Shown here one piece after another: positions 30,461 to 40,394 of a stretch of 64,000 nucleotides of DNA; positions within the stretch are counted from its first letter, which is position 1; each line of letters opens with the position of its first letter. Source of the stretch: Candidatus Enterousia sp. (lineage in GTDB: Bacteria; Pseudomonadota; Alphaproteobacteria; Rs-D84); the NCBI GenBank assembly GCA_045613785.1, contig JAZLBQ010000026.1, forward strand, positions 32,001 to 96,000, read 5' to 3'. The notes beneath the pieces are model-generated. The model worked only from the letters and a program-made list of their open reading frames with translations. It was not told the origin of the DNA and did no database searches. The position numbers and the translations under genes were made by a program.

Positions 30461-30753
30461 GCTGCTAACTTTCCTGGTATTTTCTTTTTAAACAATTGAA
30501 TTTTTGCGGACACAATCTGTCCCAACTGCGGATCACGTTTTGAAAATATAGCGATAATAGAATGAACGACAATAACAGAGATTAAAAAGAACAATGGATT
30601 TACGCTTTCTTTTCCGCCTGAAACAATCAAGACGATGACGAAAACCGCCATAAAAATAATAAATTGCACAACAAAGTTCAACACGGCCAGCGAATAAGGC
30701 ACATAAAAAATATGTGCTGGATTTGCCAACGCTTTTAATACCTGCTGTTTCAT
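30457..30753 (-). CDS. virB3: Type IV secretion protein VirB3
   Basis: KALANPAHIFYVPY, two TM segments, KRDP; ATGA-coupled to virB4. Confidence 0.8.
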   Translation of the reverse strand: MKQQVLKALANPAHIFYVPYSLAVLNFVVQFIIFMAVFVIVLIVSGGKESVNPLFFLISVIVVHSIIAIFSKRDPQLGQIVSAKIQLFKKKIPGKLAA

Positions 30754-30766
30754 TCTCTATCCGTCC

Positions 30767-31020
30767 TTGTTTACAATTATAACAATTTCAACAATTTTCA
30801 ACAAGCAGAAAAGCCCCCCGTCCTAAAATTGTTAAAAGTGTTAAAAACTTCAAATTTATCAACTGTTGATTATTTTGTTTAATATTTAACAATTTGAAAT
30901 CAAAACCGCACAAATCCTGGATTTTTTTGTTAAAAAACTGTTCAGAAAAAGTTAAAAACAGTTTTCAACAATTTCAACAGGCCCTACAACAACAACTATT
31001 AAATAATATTATTATTTGAT
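30767..31020. other. Probable chromosomal replication origin (oriC)
   Basis: About 13 related 9-mers (TTTTCAACA / ATTTCAACA / TTTTTAACA type), ending in tandem boxes + GGCCC + TAC-AAC-AAC-AAC-TAT + AT-rich tract. Confidence 0.75.
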
Positions 31021-31066
31021 TTTTCAAAAAATATGTTTATAATCGACCTGTAAAAAGGATAACGAT

Positions 31067-31201
31067 ATGAAATTTTTAAGTTCATTAAAGGCTTGGAAGA
31101 AACGTGGAAATGTAAAACAGATCCGTCGTGGAAAGCAAGTTATCTTAATAGACCCTGACAATCCAAAGTTCAAAGCGAAACAGGGCTTTAAGAAGAAATA
31201 A
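31067..31201 (+). CDS. rpmJ: 50S ribosomal protein L36, Cys-free type
   Basis: MKFLSSLKAWKKRGNVKQIRRGKQVILIDPDNPKFKAKQGFKKK; AAAGGA RBS; terminator at 31201-31228. Confidence 0.88.
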   Translation: MKFLSSLKAWKKRGNVKQIRRGKQVILIDPDNPKFKAKQGFKKK

Positions 31202-31241
31202 AAAATCGCCGCTTGGCGGTTTTTTTTTATACCTATAATAA

Positions 31242-31913
31242 TTATTCAAAAGATAAGAACGCCTCTTTCAGAACTTCTTGGACTTCACATCCTGACAGCC
31301 CTGCCCCACGCAAGAAACGCATTTGAAAATCAGTTGGTTTATAAATACTTGCACTATGGTCTGCTTGTTTAGGAATCGATTTAATTTTCTGTCCGGGGAT
31401 AAAATCAATTTTTGCACCTTCATCTGCCATTGCGACAAAAGCAACATCAGACTGGCAATCATCACAGTTTTTATCGATAACGGCAATACCAGATAATTTA
31501 GAAACAGAATTTTTACCGGCCAGTATTTTATTTTTAATTAAAATGCCGGTATTTTTATATAGATGCCGTGCATTGCAATTATAATTCAGTTCACTGGAAT
31601 TATCAATCAACACAGTTCCTGAAATTTTAGAATTTTCCCCGGCGTTTTTAATAAAAATGTTCAAAAAAGCCGGTGATTTTATTTTTACATTTACACTTAA
31701 AATTACATTTTGATTTTTTACACCGACTTCTATATCTAAAATATTTTCGCCGGCGATTTCCCCGACATAAATAAAATGGACAGGCAAATCGTAATTTTTA
31801 TTTATTGGCTTATTTTCCAAAGTAGATAATTCAGGGCAATAAACACCATCACGGAAAACGACAGTTTCCGCTGGCATAGTTTTTATGTTGAATTCATTCC
31901 ACATGTATGACAT
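31242..31913 (-). CDS. Short SufB/SufD-family protein
   Basis: Beta-helix-like repeats; ADHSASI...FLRGAGLS...LKEAFL resembles the SufD C-terminus. Confidence 0.7.
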   Translation of the reverse strand: MSYMWNEFNIKTMPAETVVFRDGVYCPELSTLENKPINKNYDLPVHFIYVGEIAGENILDIEVGVKNQNVILSVNVKIKSPAFLNIFIKNAGENSKISGTVLIDNSSELNYNCNARHLYKNTGILIKNKILAGKNSVSKLSGIAVIDKNCDDCQSDVAFVAMADEGAKIDFIPGQKIKSIPKQADHSASIYKPTDFQMRFLRGAGLSGCEVQEVLKEAFLSFE

Positions 31914-31940
31914 ATTATCGACATTATAAAGGATTTTAAA

Positions 31941-33020
31941 ATGGGATTCAATTGTGGAATCGTAGGCTTACCAAATGTAGGTAAATCTACATTATTTAAT
32001 GCTTTAACCCAAAGTGCAGCGGCAGACGCTCAGAACTATCCGTTTTGCACCATAGAACCGAACACAGGTCGTGTTGTTGTTCCTGATTCAACCTTGCATG
32101 AATTGGCACGTGTTGCTGGCTCGCAAAAGATTTTACCGACACAACTTGAAATTGTTGACATTGCAGGTCTTGTCCGTGGTGCATCAAATGGCGAAGGTTT
32201 AGGTAATAAATTCCTGGGCAATATTTTATCGACTGACGCAATTATTCACGTTGTTCGTTGTTTTGAAAATGACGACATTGTTCACGTTCACGGTCAAATT
32301 GATCCATTAGGCGACATAGAAACGATTGAAACAGAATTGATGTTGGCAGATCTTGAAAGCATTGATAAACAAATAAAAAACCTTGAAAAAAAGGCACGTG
32401 GTCTGGACAAAGACGCAATAAAATTATTATCGGATGCCCAGGCAATCAAATCGAATTTAGAAAAATCAATACCTGCCCGTCTTGGCGATATTGATTCCAG
32501 TCCATTTAACTTATTGACCACCAAGCCAGTGATTTATGTATGTAATGTTGACGAAGCATCGGCAGCCACTGGTAATAAATATTCAGACCAAGTTCGTGAA
32601 AAATTTGGTGCGACAAATGATGTATTGGTAATATCATCAAAAATAGAAATGGAGATTTCACAAATTGTTGACCCAGACGAACGGAAAATGTTTTTAGACG
32701 ACCTTGGCTTATCAGAATCAGGTCTGGATCAAGTTATAAAGACAGGTTATAAAACACTTGGGCTGCAAACATATTATACCATTGGTCCAAAGGAAGCACA
32801 TGCCTGGACAATTACAACTGGAATGACTGCACCGCAGGCTGCTGGAAAAATTCACACAGATTTTGAACGTGGTTTTATCCGTGCCGAAGTAATTTCACCT
32901 GCTGACTTTATTGCACTTGGTGGCGAAGTTGCCGTCAAAGAAGCAGGCAAGATGCGTCTGGTTGGTCGTGATTATATAATGCAGCCTGGCGACATATGCC
33001 ACTTCTTATTTAACACATAA
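31941..33020 (+). CDS. ychF: Redox-regulated ATPase YchF
   Basis: GIVGLPNVGKSTLFNA, NYPFCTIEPN, DIAGLV, IHTDFERGFIRAE. Confidence 0.98.
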   Translation: MGFNCGIVGLPNVGKSTLFNALTQSAAADAQNYPFCTIEPNTGRVVVPDSTLHELARVAGSQKILPTQLEIVDIAGLVRGASNGEGLGNKFLGNILSTDAIIHVVRCFENDDIVHVHGQIDPLGDIETIETELMLADLESIDKQIKNLEKKARGLDKDAIKLLSDAQAIKSNLEKSIPARLGDIDSSPFNLLTTKPVIYVCNVDEASAATGNKYSDQVREKFGATNDVLVISSKIEMEISQIVDPDERKMFLDDLGLSESGLDQVIKTGYKTLGLQTYYTIGPKEAHAWTITTGMTAPQAAGKIHTDFERGFIRAEVISPADFIALGGEVAVKEAGKMRLVGRDYIMQPGDICHFLFNT

Positions 33021-33149
33021 AAATTCCCCCTTGTGGGGGATTTTTTTTACCTTTTTTATATTGAAATTATTGTCATAAATATTAAAATAAAAATGTTAAA
33101 AATTCCCGGTCTTTTTGATAATTTTGTTCAAAAAAGCCGGGAAATTATT

Positions 33150-34775
33150 TTATAAAGAAATCAGCAATTTTAATTTTTCATTATATTTTTTTAAATCGTT
33201 ATCAATCTGTGCAATTTCATCACGAATTTTAACATCACCTGTTTCCAGCAACCGATTTGTCAGTTCACGTTTTTTTGTATTTAGTTTTTCCAAATAGCGT
33301 TGCAATTTTAACGATACAATAAATTTTTCTGCTGACACTAAATCCATATTTAAATCTGGTGCATTACCATCGAAATCGATTCCCAGTGTTCCCAAGAATT
33401 CCAAATATCTTTCTGCCAGTTCTGGGAAAGTATTCACAATATACAGCAACGTTCTTTTAGTAATTGCATCGATATCAGGCAGTTTAATATTTATTGGTTC
33501 TTTAACTTTTTTCCAACTTTGCCAGTTTTGAAATTTCCGCTTATCGTATTCTTGTTTATAGTGTTTTTTTAATTCATTATCAGCCAACTTTTCCGATTCT
33601 GCGTCCAAGAATTTTTCAGCCTGTGCACGTCCTCCTGGCGTTGAAACGACAAAGTTGTTATTTGCTATTTCCCACAAGAAATCAGTCAACCCAACCGCAT
33701 CATCAATAATTTTACGCATTGCATCGACGCCGCCATTTTCAAGTATTTCATCAGGGTCTTTACCACCTGAAACAAATGCAAATTTGATATCAGACGTATC
33801 ACGAACAAACGGCATAACAATACTGCATGCACGTGCTGCGGCCTTTTGTCCTGCCCCATCGCCATCAAAACAAAAAGTAATATTTCGATTAGATTTACAT
33901 AGCAACGCAATATGGTCTTCGGTCAGTGCTGTCCCAAGAGGTGCAACAGTTTCACCAAAACCATTACATTGCATTTTAATTGCGTCAATTTGTCCTTCGA
34001 CAACGATACTACGGTTTGCACGATGAATTGCATCACGTGCAAAGTTCAAACCGAAAACAGTTTTACGTTTATGAAAAATATCAGTATCAGTTGTATTTAT
34101 ATACTTTGGTTCACTTCCGTCCAGTGAGCGTCCAGAAAAAGCAACAACTTTACCCTTGGCGTTAAACAAAGGGAACATCAATTTATCACGAAAGAAATCA
34201 TACATTCCATAATCGCCACGCCGGCAAAGTCCAGCATCAATCAGGTATTTTGAATCTGCATATTTATTTGCGATGATATTATTTTTTGGTGCATATCCGA
34301 TACGATATTTTTTTATCATATCATCTGTGAATCCACGTTTACGGATATAATCCAATGCAACCGCCCCATCAGGTGTGAATAATTTTTCAGAATAAGTCTG
34401 TGCGGCTTTTTCGCAAATATCAAACAACGCTTCTTCACGTTGCACGACATTTTGTGGTCTAGGCTTGTATTCTGGCATTTTCATACCAGCCATATTAGCC
34501 AGTTCTTCGATTGCTTCCTTAAAGTCAATATTATTGACCTTCATAGTAAAAGAAATGATATCTCCACTTTCGCCACAGCCAAAGCACTTACAAATACCCT
34601 TTTCTTCATTTACACAGAAACTGGGGGTTTTTTCATTATGGAAAGGGCAACACCCCCAATAATTTTGCCCTTTTTTTGTCAGCGGCACACGTCGTCCGAC
34701 CACATCAACGATAGACAGTCGTTGACGCAGTTCATCGGTAAAGTTTGAATAACTAAATTTACCTTGTTGTGCCAT
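33150..34775 (-). CDS. dnaG: DNA primase
   Basis: CPFHNEKTPSF..CFGC zinc finger, KYINT, VEGQID, FDGDGAG, KDPD. Confidence 0.96.
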   Translation of the reverse strand: MAQQGKFSYSNFTDELRQRLSIVDVVGRRVPLTKKGQNYWGCCPFHNEKTPSFCVNEEKGICKCFGCGESGDIISFTMKVNNIDFKEAIEELANMAGMKMPEYKPRPQNVVQREEALFDICEKAAQTYSEKLFTPDGAVALDYIRKRGFTDDMIKKYRIGYAPKNNIIANKYADSKYLIDAGLCRRGDYGMYDFFRDKLMFPLFNAKGKVVAFSGRSLDGSEPKYINTTDTDIFHKRKTVFGLNFARDAIHRANRSIVVEGQIDAIKMQCNGFGETVAPLGTALTEDHIALLCKSNRNITFCFDGDGAGQKAAARACSIVMPFVRDTSDIKFAFVSGGKDPDEILENGGVDAMRKIIDDAVGLTDFLWEIANNNFVVSTPGGRAQAEKFLDAESEKLADNELKKHYKQEYDKRKFQNWQSWKKVKEPINIKLPDIDAITKRTLLYIVNTFPELAERYLEFLGTLGIDFDGNAPDLNMDLVSAEKFIVSLKLQRYLEKLNTKKRELTNRLLETGDVKIRDEIAQIDNDLKKYNEKLKLLISL

Positions 34776-37018
34776 TACTTTTTATTTGCCTTGTTATTTA
34801 TCAGTTTAATTGCGGTTTCCAAATCAGGTTGTTCTTTGACAGAAACATTGACCCGATTAGAAGATATATATGCACCATACCGCCCAGTTGGGTAAAAGAA
34901 AATCATTTTTTTAGTTTCTGGATTTTCACCGATTTTAATAGGTTCTGCTTTTTTACCAGCATTTGCCAATAATTCACGTGCGGTTTCCAGTGTTATTGTT
35001 TCTGCTGTCCATTGTTTTGCAGCGACATTTTTAGCCCCATCTGTGACATAAGGTCCAAATTTACCAACTCTAAATTCGATACCATCACCCAGTTCGACAG
35101 CATCAGATTTAACAGCCTGTGCGGTTGATTCTGCGGCCTGTGCGACTGCGGCATCGACTTTGCCCAACTGTTTAGTGTATTTACAGTCTGGATATTTTTC
35201 GCATCCTATAAAAGGTCCAAACTTAGACAATTTAATTCCCAGTTTTGCTCCACATTCTGGACAAACATCATTGTCATCAGGGAACAAGTGTTTATGCATA
35301 AACTCATTTATTTCATCGATAATATCTGCTGTTCTAATACCTCTTGCCCCATCAATCATATTGTTAGTAGGTGTCCAGAAATTTTCCAACGCAGTAATTT
35401 TATCTTGTTTACCATTTGAAACATCGTCCAAAGTATCTTCTGTTTTTGCGGTAAAGTTCACATCAACCAAATCAGTAAAATATTTATTAAGATAAGAAGC
35501 GATAACCCAACCACCATTTGTTGGATGGAAACGTCGTTGTTTATCCTGTTCAACATATGCCCTATCAACAATTGTTGACATAATAGTTGCGTATGTAGAA
35601 GGTCGTCCGATTCCCAGTTCTTCCATTTTTTTTACAAGAGATGCTTCTGTATATCTTGGTGGTGCCTGTGTAAAGTGCTGTTCAGGGATAAATTCTGTGA
35701 TAATGATTTTATCACCGACCTGCATATTTGGCAGTTTTGATTCTTTTTTATCGTCTTCGTCGTCTTTATCTTCGGTATAAACCTTCATAAATCCGTCAAA
35801 GGTTCGCACAGACCCCACAGCGTGGAACACACCGACGTGATTATCTGTTTCTATATCTGCTGCGACAGAATCAAATTCTGCATTTTTCATTTGGCATGCA
35901 ATAGTTCTTTTCCAAATAAGATCGTATAATTTTGCTTCATCACCACTAAGATTTTTTGCAGGTGCATCAAAGTGTGTTGGTCGAATAGCTTCGTGTGCTT
36001 CCTGTGCATTTTTTGATTTTGTTGCATAAATATTTGGAGAACTTGGCACAAAGTTATCACCATATTCCCGTCCGATAAAGTTTCTAATTTCGCTAACTGC
36101 ATCAGCGTTCAAGTTTGTTGCGTCGGTTCGCATATATGTAATTAAACCTTGTTCATACAAGTGCTGTGCGGCACTCATTGTTCGTTTAGACGCAAAGAAT
36201 AATTTTCGTGCGGCTTCCTGTTGCAGTGTAGATGTTGTAAAAGGTGCGGCAGGTTTACGTTGTGTTTTTTTCTTTTCGATATTGATAACGCTTGCACTAA
36301 CTTCTGGTGTTCCCAGAGTGTTCAAAATATTATCAACTTGTTCTTGATTTTCGATGGTCATTTTTTCAATTTTCTGACCATTGAATTTATTTAGCATTGC
36401 CTTGAACGCCACGGAATTTGCCGTGCAGGCTGATTCCAGACTCCAATATTCCACAGGTTTAAAGTTTTCAATTTCTTTTTCACGGTCAACGACCAGCTTT
36501 ACTGCCACAGACTGAACACGTCCTGCGGACTTTCCCAAATTTCTACGCCACAGCAACGGTGAAATACTAAAACCAATCAGATAATCTAATGCCCGTCTGA
36601 CCAGATATGCATCGACCAAGTTTTTATCAATTTCACGTGGTTCATCGATTGCGGCCTGAACAGCTTTTTTTGTAATTTCGTGAAAAGCGACACGATAGAC
36701 TTTTTTATCTTTAAGTAGTCTTTTAGCTTTAAGTATATCCAGCAAGTGCCACGCAATGGCTTCACCTTCACGATCAGGGTCGCTTGCCAGATAAACGGCA
36801 TCTGCTTTTTTTAATTCTTCTGTAATCAGTTTAATTTGTTTTTCTTTACCTGGCATAATCTGCCATTTCATTTTGAAATTATTTTCTGTATCAACGCTGC
36901 CGTTTTCAGGCACTAAATCACGGACATGACCAACCGATGCGATAACACGCCAACCGCTACCTAAGTATTTTTCAATAGTCTTTGCCTTGGACGGTGATTC
37001 CACAATCAGTAAATTCAT
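34775..37018 (-). CDS. topA: DNA topoisomerase I
   Basis: IVESPSKAKTI, DPDREGE, SAGRVQS, ITYMRTD, GIGRPSTY. Confidence 0.97.
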   Translation of the reverse strand: MNLLIVESPSKAKTIEKYLGSGWRVIASVGHVRDLVPENGSVDTENNFKMKWQIMPGKEKQIKLITEELKKADAVYLASDPDREGEAIAWHLLDILKAKRLLKDKKVYRVAFHEITKKAVQAAIDEPREIDKNLVDAYLVRRALDYLIGFSISPLLWRRNLGKSAGRVQSVAVKLVVDREKEIENFKPVEYWSLESACTANSVAFKAMLNKFNGQKIEKMTIENQEQVDNILNTLGTPEVSASVINIEKKKTQRKPAAPFTTSTLQQEAARKLFFASKRTMSAAQHLYEQGLITYMRTDATNLNADAVSEIRNFIGREYGDNFVPSSPNIYATKSKNAQEAHEAIRPTHFDAPAKNLSGDEAKLYDLIWKRTIACQMKNAEFDSVAADIETDNHVGVFHAVGSVRTFDGFMKVYTEDKDDEDDKKESKLPNMQVGDKIIITEFIPEQHFTQAPPRYTEASLVKKMEELGIGRPSTYATIMSTIVDRAYVEQDKQRRFHPTNGGWVIASYLNKYFTDLVDVNFTAKTEDTLDDVSNGKQDKITALENFWTPTNNMIDGARGIRTADIIDEINEFMHKHLFPDDNDVCPECGAKLGIKLSKFGPFIGCEKYPDCKYTKQLGKVDAAVAQAAESTAQAVKSDAVELGDGIEFRVGKFGPYVTDGAKNVAAKQWTAETITLETARELLANAGKKAEPIKIGENPETKKMIFFYPTGRYGAYISSNRVNVSVKEQPDLETAIKLINNKANKK

Positions 37019-37022
37019 TTCC

Positions 37023-38168
37023 CTAACTCCCCTTTGCCGATAATTGTTGGTCCTTGTGAATATATGCGTTTTGACATAAACCAAATCCGAACATCAGTGA
37101 TAACAGACTGCTACCTCCGAAAGACATCAGTGGCAACGGCACACCCACGGTTGGTAATAACCCCAAAACCATAGAAATATTTATAAAGTAATAAACAAAA
37201 AAGTTCAACATAAATCCAAAGCAAATCAGTTGTCCAAATCTGTTGCGACATAATTTTGCACACCAAAACAGCACGACCACAATCCAAGTATAAATCAGCA
37301 ACAGGCTAAACGCACCGATAAAACCAAATTCTTCACCCAGCATAGTAAAAATAAAATCGGTTTGTTTTTCTGGCAAAAAAGATTGTTGTGATTGCGAGCC
37401 TTTCATATACCCTTTTCCTGTCATACCACCACTGCCAAAAGCAATTTTTGCCTGATTGATTTGATAACCTGCCCCTTGCAAATCGCTGTCTGGATTAAAC
37501 AGTGTAATAATGCGTCCACGCTGATAATCGTGCAATCCACCGAACCAAATTGCTGGTGCTGCCATCAGTCCTAATATTGCTGCGATAATAAACCATTTTT
37601 TATTTGCCCCAACGATATAGAAGACCCCAACTGTAATCATACCCAGTGATAATGCAGTTCCTAAATCAGGTTGTGCCACAATCAAACCGAATGGCACCAG
37701 CAGCATTAGTCCTGGCACCAGATAGTTTTTAAATTGTCCTAGTTCAACGGAATTAAACCAAGCAAAATATCGTGCCAACGCCAACACTAATGCAATTTTA
37801 ATAAGTTCAGAAGGTTGAATATGAATAAATCCCAGGTTTAACCAACGTTGTGCCCCCATACCTGTATGTCCGACAAAAGTAACCAAAACAATCATAATCA
37901 GTGCGACAGCATAAATCAGATAAGCCGACTTTACCCATGTTTTGATATTTGTAAATGCGGCGAAAAAGAACACACCAAACCCCAGCATAATTTTCATCAA
38001 CTGGCTAAACGCAAAAGGTTTCCAATTACCGCCTCCTGCTGAATACAGCACAACGATTGATATCGTCAGCACCATACACATAGGCACAAACAATCCCCAC
38101 GAAAAACGTCCCAGTTTTTCTGGCAGTGTCATCATATTTGCATTTGAAACACGTGTTTGTTTTGCCAT
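37023..38168 (-). CDS. rodA: Rod shape-determining protein RodA
   Basis: GAQRW, QPSE, QPDLGT, PEKQTDFIF, GVPLPLMSFGGSS. Confidence 0.95.
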   Translation of the reverse strand: MAKQTRVSNANMMTLPEKLGRFSWGLFVPMCMVLTISIVVLYSAGGGNWKPFAFSQLMKIMLGFGVFFFAAFTNIKTWVKSAYLIYAVALIMIVLVTFVGHTGMGAQRWLNLGFIHIQPSELIKIALVLALARYFAWFNSVELGQFKNYLVPGLMLLVPFGLIVAQPDLGTALSLGMITVGVFYIVGANKKWFIIAAILGLMAAPAIWFGGLHDYQRGRIITLFNPDSDLQGAGYQINQAKIAFGSGGMTGKGYMKGSQSQQSFLPEKQTDFIFTMLGEEFGFIGAFSLLLIYTWIVVVLFWCAKLCRNRFGQLICFGFMLNFFVYYFINISMVLGLLPTVGVPLPLMSFGGSSLLSLMFGFGLCQNAYIHKDQQLSAKGS

Positions 38169-38172
38169 TTGA

Positions 38173-39945
38173 TTAAATTCCTTTTAACAGTTCCTTCATC
38201 AACGCTGCTGCACTGCGTGCTGCTGGTCCACTTGAACCAGAGTGTTCAGTAACAACACAGACTGCATACTTTGGATTATCTGTTGGTGCATATCCAACAA
38301 ACAGTCCGTGATTTCGCATACTCCACTTTAATTGTTCATTGGTCAGAACACCACTTAAACGTTCTTTTTTAGAAATGCTACGCACCTGTGAAGTCCCGGT
38401 TTTACCGCCCATACGCTTACCTTTGACATTGATTGCACTGCCGCTGGCTGTTCCGCCTTTTTTTAGAACTTGTTCCAGTCCGTTCATCACAAATTTGATA
38501 TTTTTCTGTTGTAATCCCATCGTATCAAATTGTGGTATTTTATCTGTTTTAATCAGTCGTGGTATAATCTTTTTATTAGAAGCAACACGTGCCATCATTA
38601 CTGCCAACTGTAAACAGTTTGCCAAAATAAATCCCTGACCGATTCCAGAAATAACTGTATCACCGTGCACCCATCGTGTTCCGACCTGTTTTTCCTTCCA
38701 GTATCTATCTGGCATAACGCCTGGCATTTCACGTGCGATGACATCGTCCATAAATTTTTCTGTAAATCCCAGACGAATAGCCATTTCTTTGATAGCGTCG
38801 ATTCCGATACGCAATGCGACTTGATAGAAATAAATATCGCACGAATGTTTCAAAGCCCCTGCCAGGTCAACCCAACCATGTCCTTTTTCTTCCCAACAGT
38901 GATATCTGCGGTCGCCATAGTCCCAATGTCCTGGACAGAAAACTTTTTCACGTTCTGTTATTGCCCCTGCTTCCAAGGCCGCCAACGCTACAACGATTTT
39001 GAACGTTGACCCTGGTGGATAAAGCCCTTCAACGGCTTTGTTCATAAAAGGTTTTGCGATATCATCACGCAAGTTTTGGATATATTCATCACCGTCATCT
39101 TCACGGAACATATTCGGGTCAAAACTAGGTGTAGAAACCATTGCCAAAATATCACCTGTTTCAATATCCAACGCCACACCACAGCCAGAACGATGATTAG
39201 TCAATGCGTCATAAAGAACACGCTGTGCATTATCATTGATAGTTGTCTGGACATCATTACCAGCAACAGGCGGAATAAATTGAGATTTATCTTCACCTGT
39301 GATACGACCGACTGCATTAGTAATCATAACAGTCTGTCCTGCATCACCCTTCATATTATCGTTATAAATTTTTTCCAGTCCGGTGATACCAGTGGTTAAA
39401 AACGGAGCGTTTGGCACAGGATTTTTAGGTTCTCCTACATAACCGAATATTTGTGCCCCAGCAGGTCCTAATTCATATATACGTGCATATCCGCTTTCTA
39501 CGTGCAACCCAGGCAAATTTTTTGCTTGTAATTTTGCTAACTTTCCCCAGTTTGTATTTTCGCTGACCAAGACCGGTTGAAACTTTAATTGTTTTTTTAT
39601 TTTTTGTCTGATTTTATCGACTTTTTTTTGTTTAAGATTCAAATCATTTTGGACAACAGCAATCAGTTCATCTATATCGACAGCTTCTTCTGGGATGATA
39701 TAAATTCTGTAAATAGGTGCATCACGTGAAATAGGCACACCATTTCTGGACAATATTTTACCACGTTCAGGCATATCTATTTGAATACGGAAAGAATTAT
39801 TTTCGCTTTTCTTTTTATAGTCCTGATAACTAAACAGTTGCATTTGCAGCATACGCAAAACCAAAGCAGACGTCAAAACAGCCCCTGCTGTAAGGAACAA
39901 AGCACTTCTGCGGTCAAAGGTGCGTGAAACTTCTGTATCAATCAT
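38173..39945 (-). CDS. mrdA: Penicillin-binding protein 2
   Basis: PPGSTFK, SCD, GKTGT; adjacent to rodA. Confidence 0.95.
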   Translation of the reverse strand: MIDTEVSRTFDRRSALFLTAGAVLTSALVLRMLQMQLFSYQDYKKKSENNSFRIQIDMPERGKILSRNGVPISRDAPIYRIYIIPEEAVDIDELIAVVQNDLNLKQKKVDKIRQKIKKQLKFQPVLVSENTNWGKLAKLQAKNLPGLHVESGYARIYELGPAGAQIFGYVGEPKNPVPNAPFLTTGITGLEKIYNDNMKGDAGQTVMITNAVGRITGEDKSQFIPPVAGNDVQTTINDNAQRVLYDALTNHRSGCGVALDIETGDILAMVSTPSFDPNMFREDDGDEYIQNLRDDIAKPFMNKAVEGLYPPGSTFKIVVALAALEAGAITEREKVFCPGHWDYGDRRYHCWEEKGHGWVDLAGALKHSCDIYFYQVALRIGIDAIKEMAIRLGFTEKFMDDVIAREMPGVMPDRYWKEKQVGTRWVHGDTVISGIGQGFILANCLQLAVMMARVASNKKIIPRLIKTDKIPQFDTMGLQQKNIKFVMNGLEQVLKKGGTASGSAINVKGKRMGGKTGTSQVRSISKKERLSGVLTNEQLKWSMRNHGLFVGYAPTDNPKYAVCVVTEHSGSSGPAARSAAALMKELLKGI

Positions 39946-40394
39946 TTATGCACCTTTTTAATAAGCGTTGTAATTGGGATATACAACAAGGTTGTCCAAA
40001 AGAAAATCCATAACCCCCACAGCAGGTTTAAAAACGTAAAATTCATTAAAACCTGAACCAGAACGGCACAACCAAAGAATACCATAAAAGCTGCGATTGC
40101 ATCTTTGTCCAGTCTTGTTAAATCAACCAAGGTTTGGAAACCGTTCAATGCACTGAACAGGCAATACATAGCAATCCAAAAGCAAACAGTTTCAAAATTG
40201 TAATCCAAACACAAACACATCAATATAGAAAAAATCGTGAACCATCTAACAGGCTGAACAAACGAGCAAAAGAAAATAGGAATTATTGCCAATACCCCTG
40301 CAGGATTCCAAAAACGTCCTGACAATCGCCACAAAGCCACCGTTATAAGAAACGGGAAAGAAATCTGCAAAAAGTTTATAATTTTGCTTTTCAT
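39942..40394 (-). CDS. mreD: Membrane protein, MreD-like by position
   Basis: Highly hydrophobic 150-aa ORF between mreC and mrdA, ATGA-coupled on both sides. Confidence 0.6.
   Translation of the reverse strand: MKSKIINFLQISFPFLITVALWRLSGRFWNPAGVLAIIPIFFCSFVQPVRWFTIFSILMCLCLDYNFETVCFWIAMYCLFSALNGFQTLVDLTRLDKDAIAAFMVFFGCAVLVQVLMNFTFLNLLWGLWIFFWTTLLYIPITTLIKKVHK

Noticed and set aside
28031-30753. Integrative conjugative element
   Set aside because: No relaxase, coupling protein, intact integrase or att pair, and composition matches the core genes.
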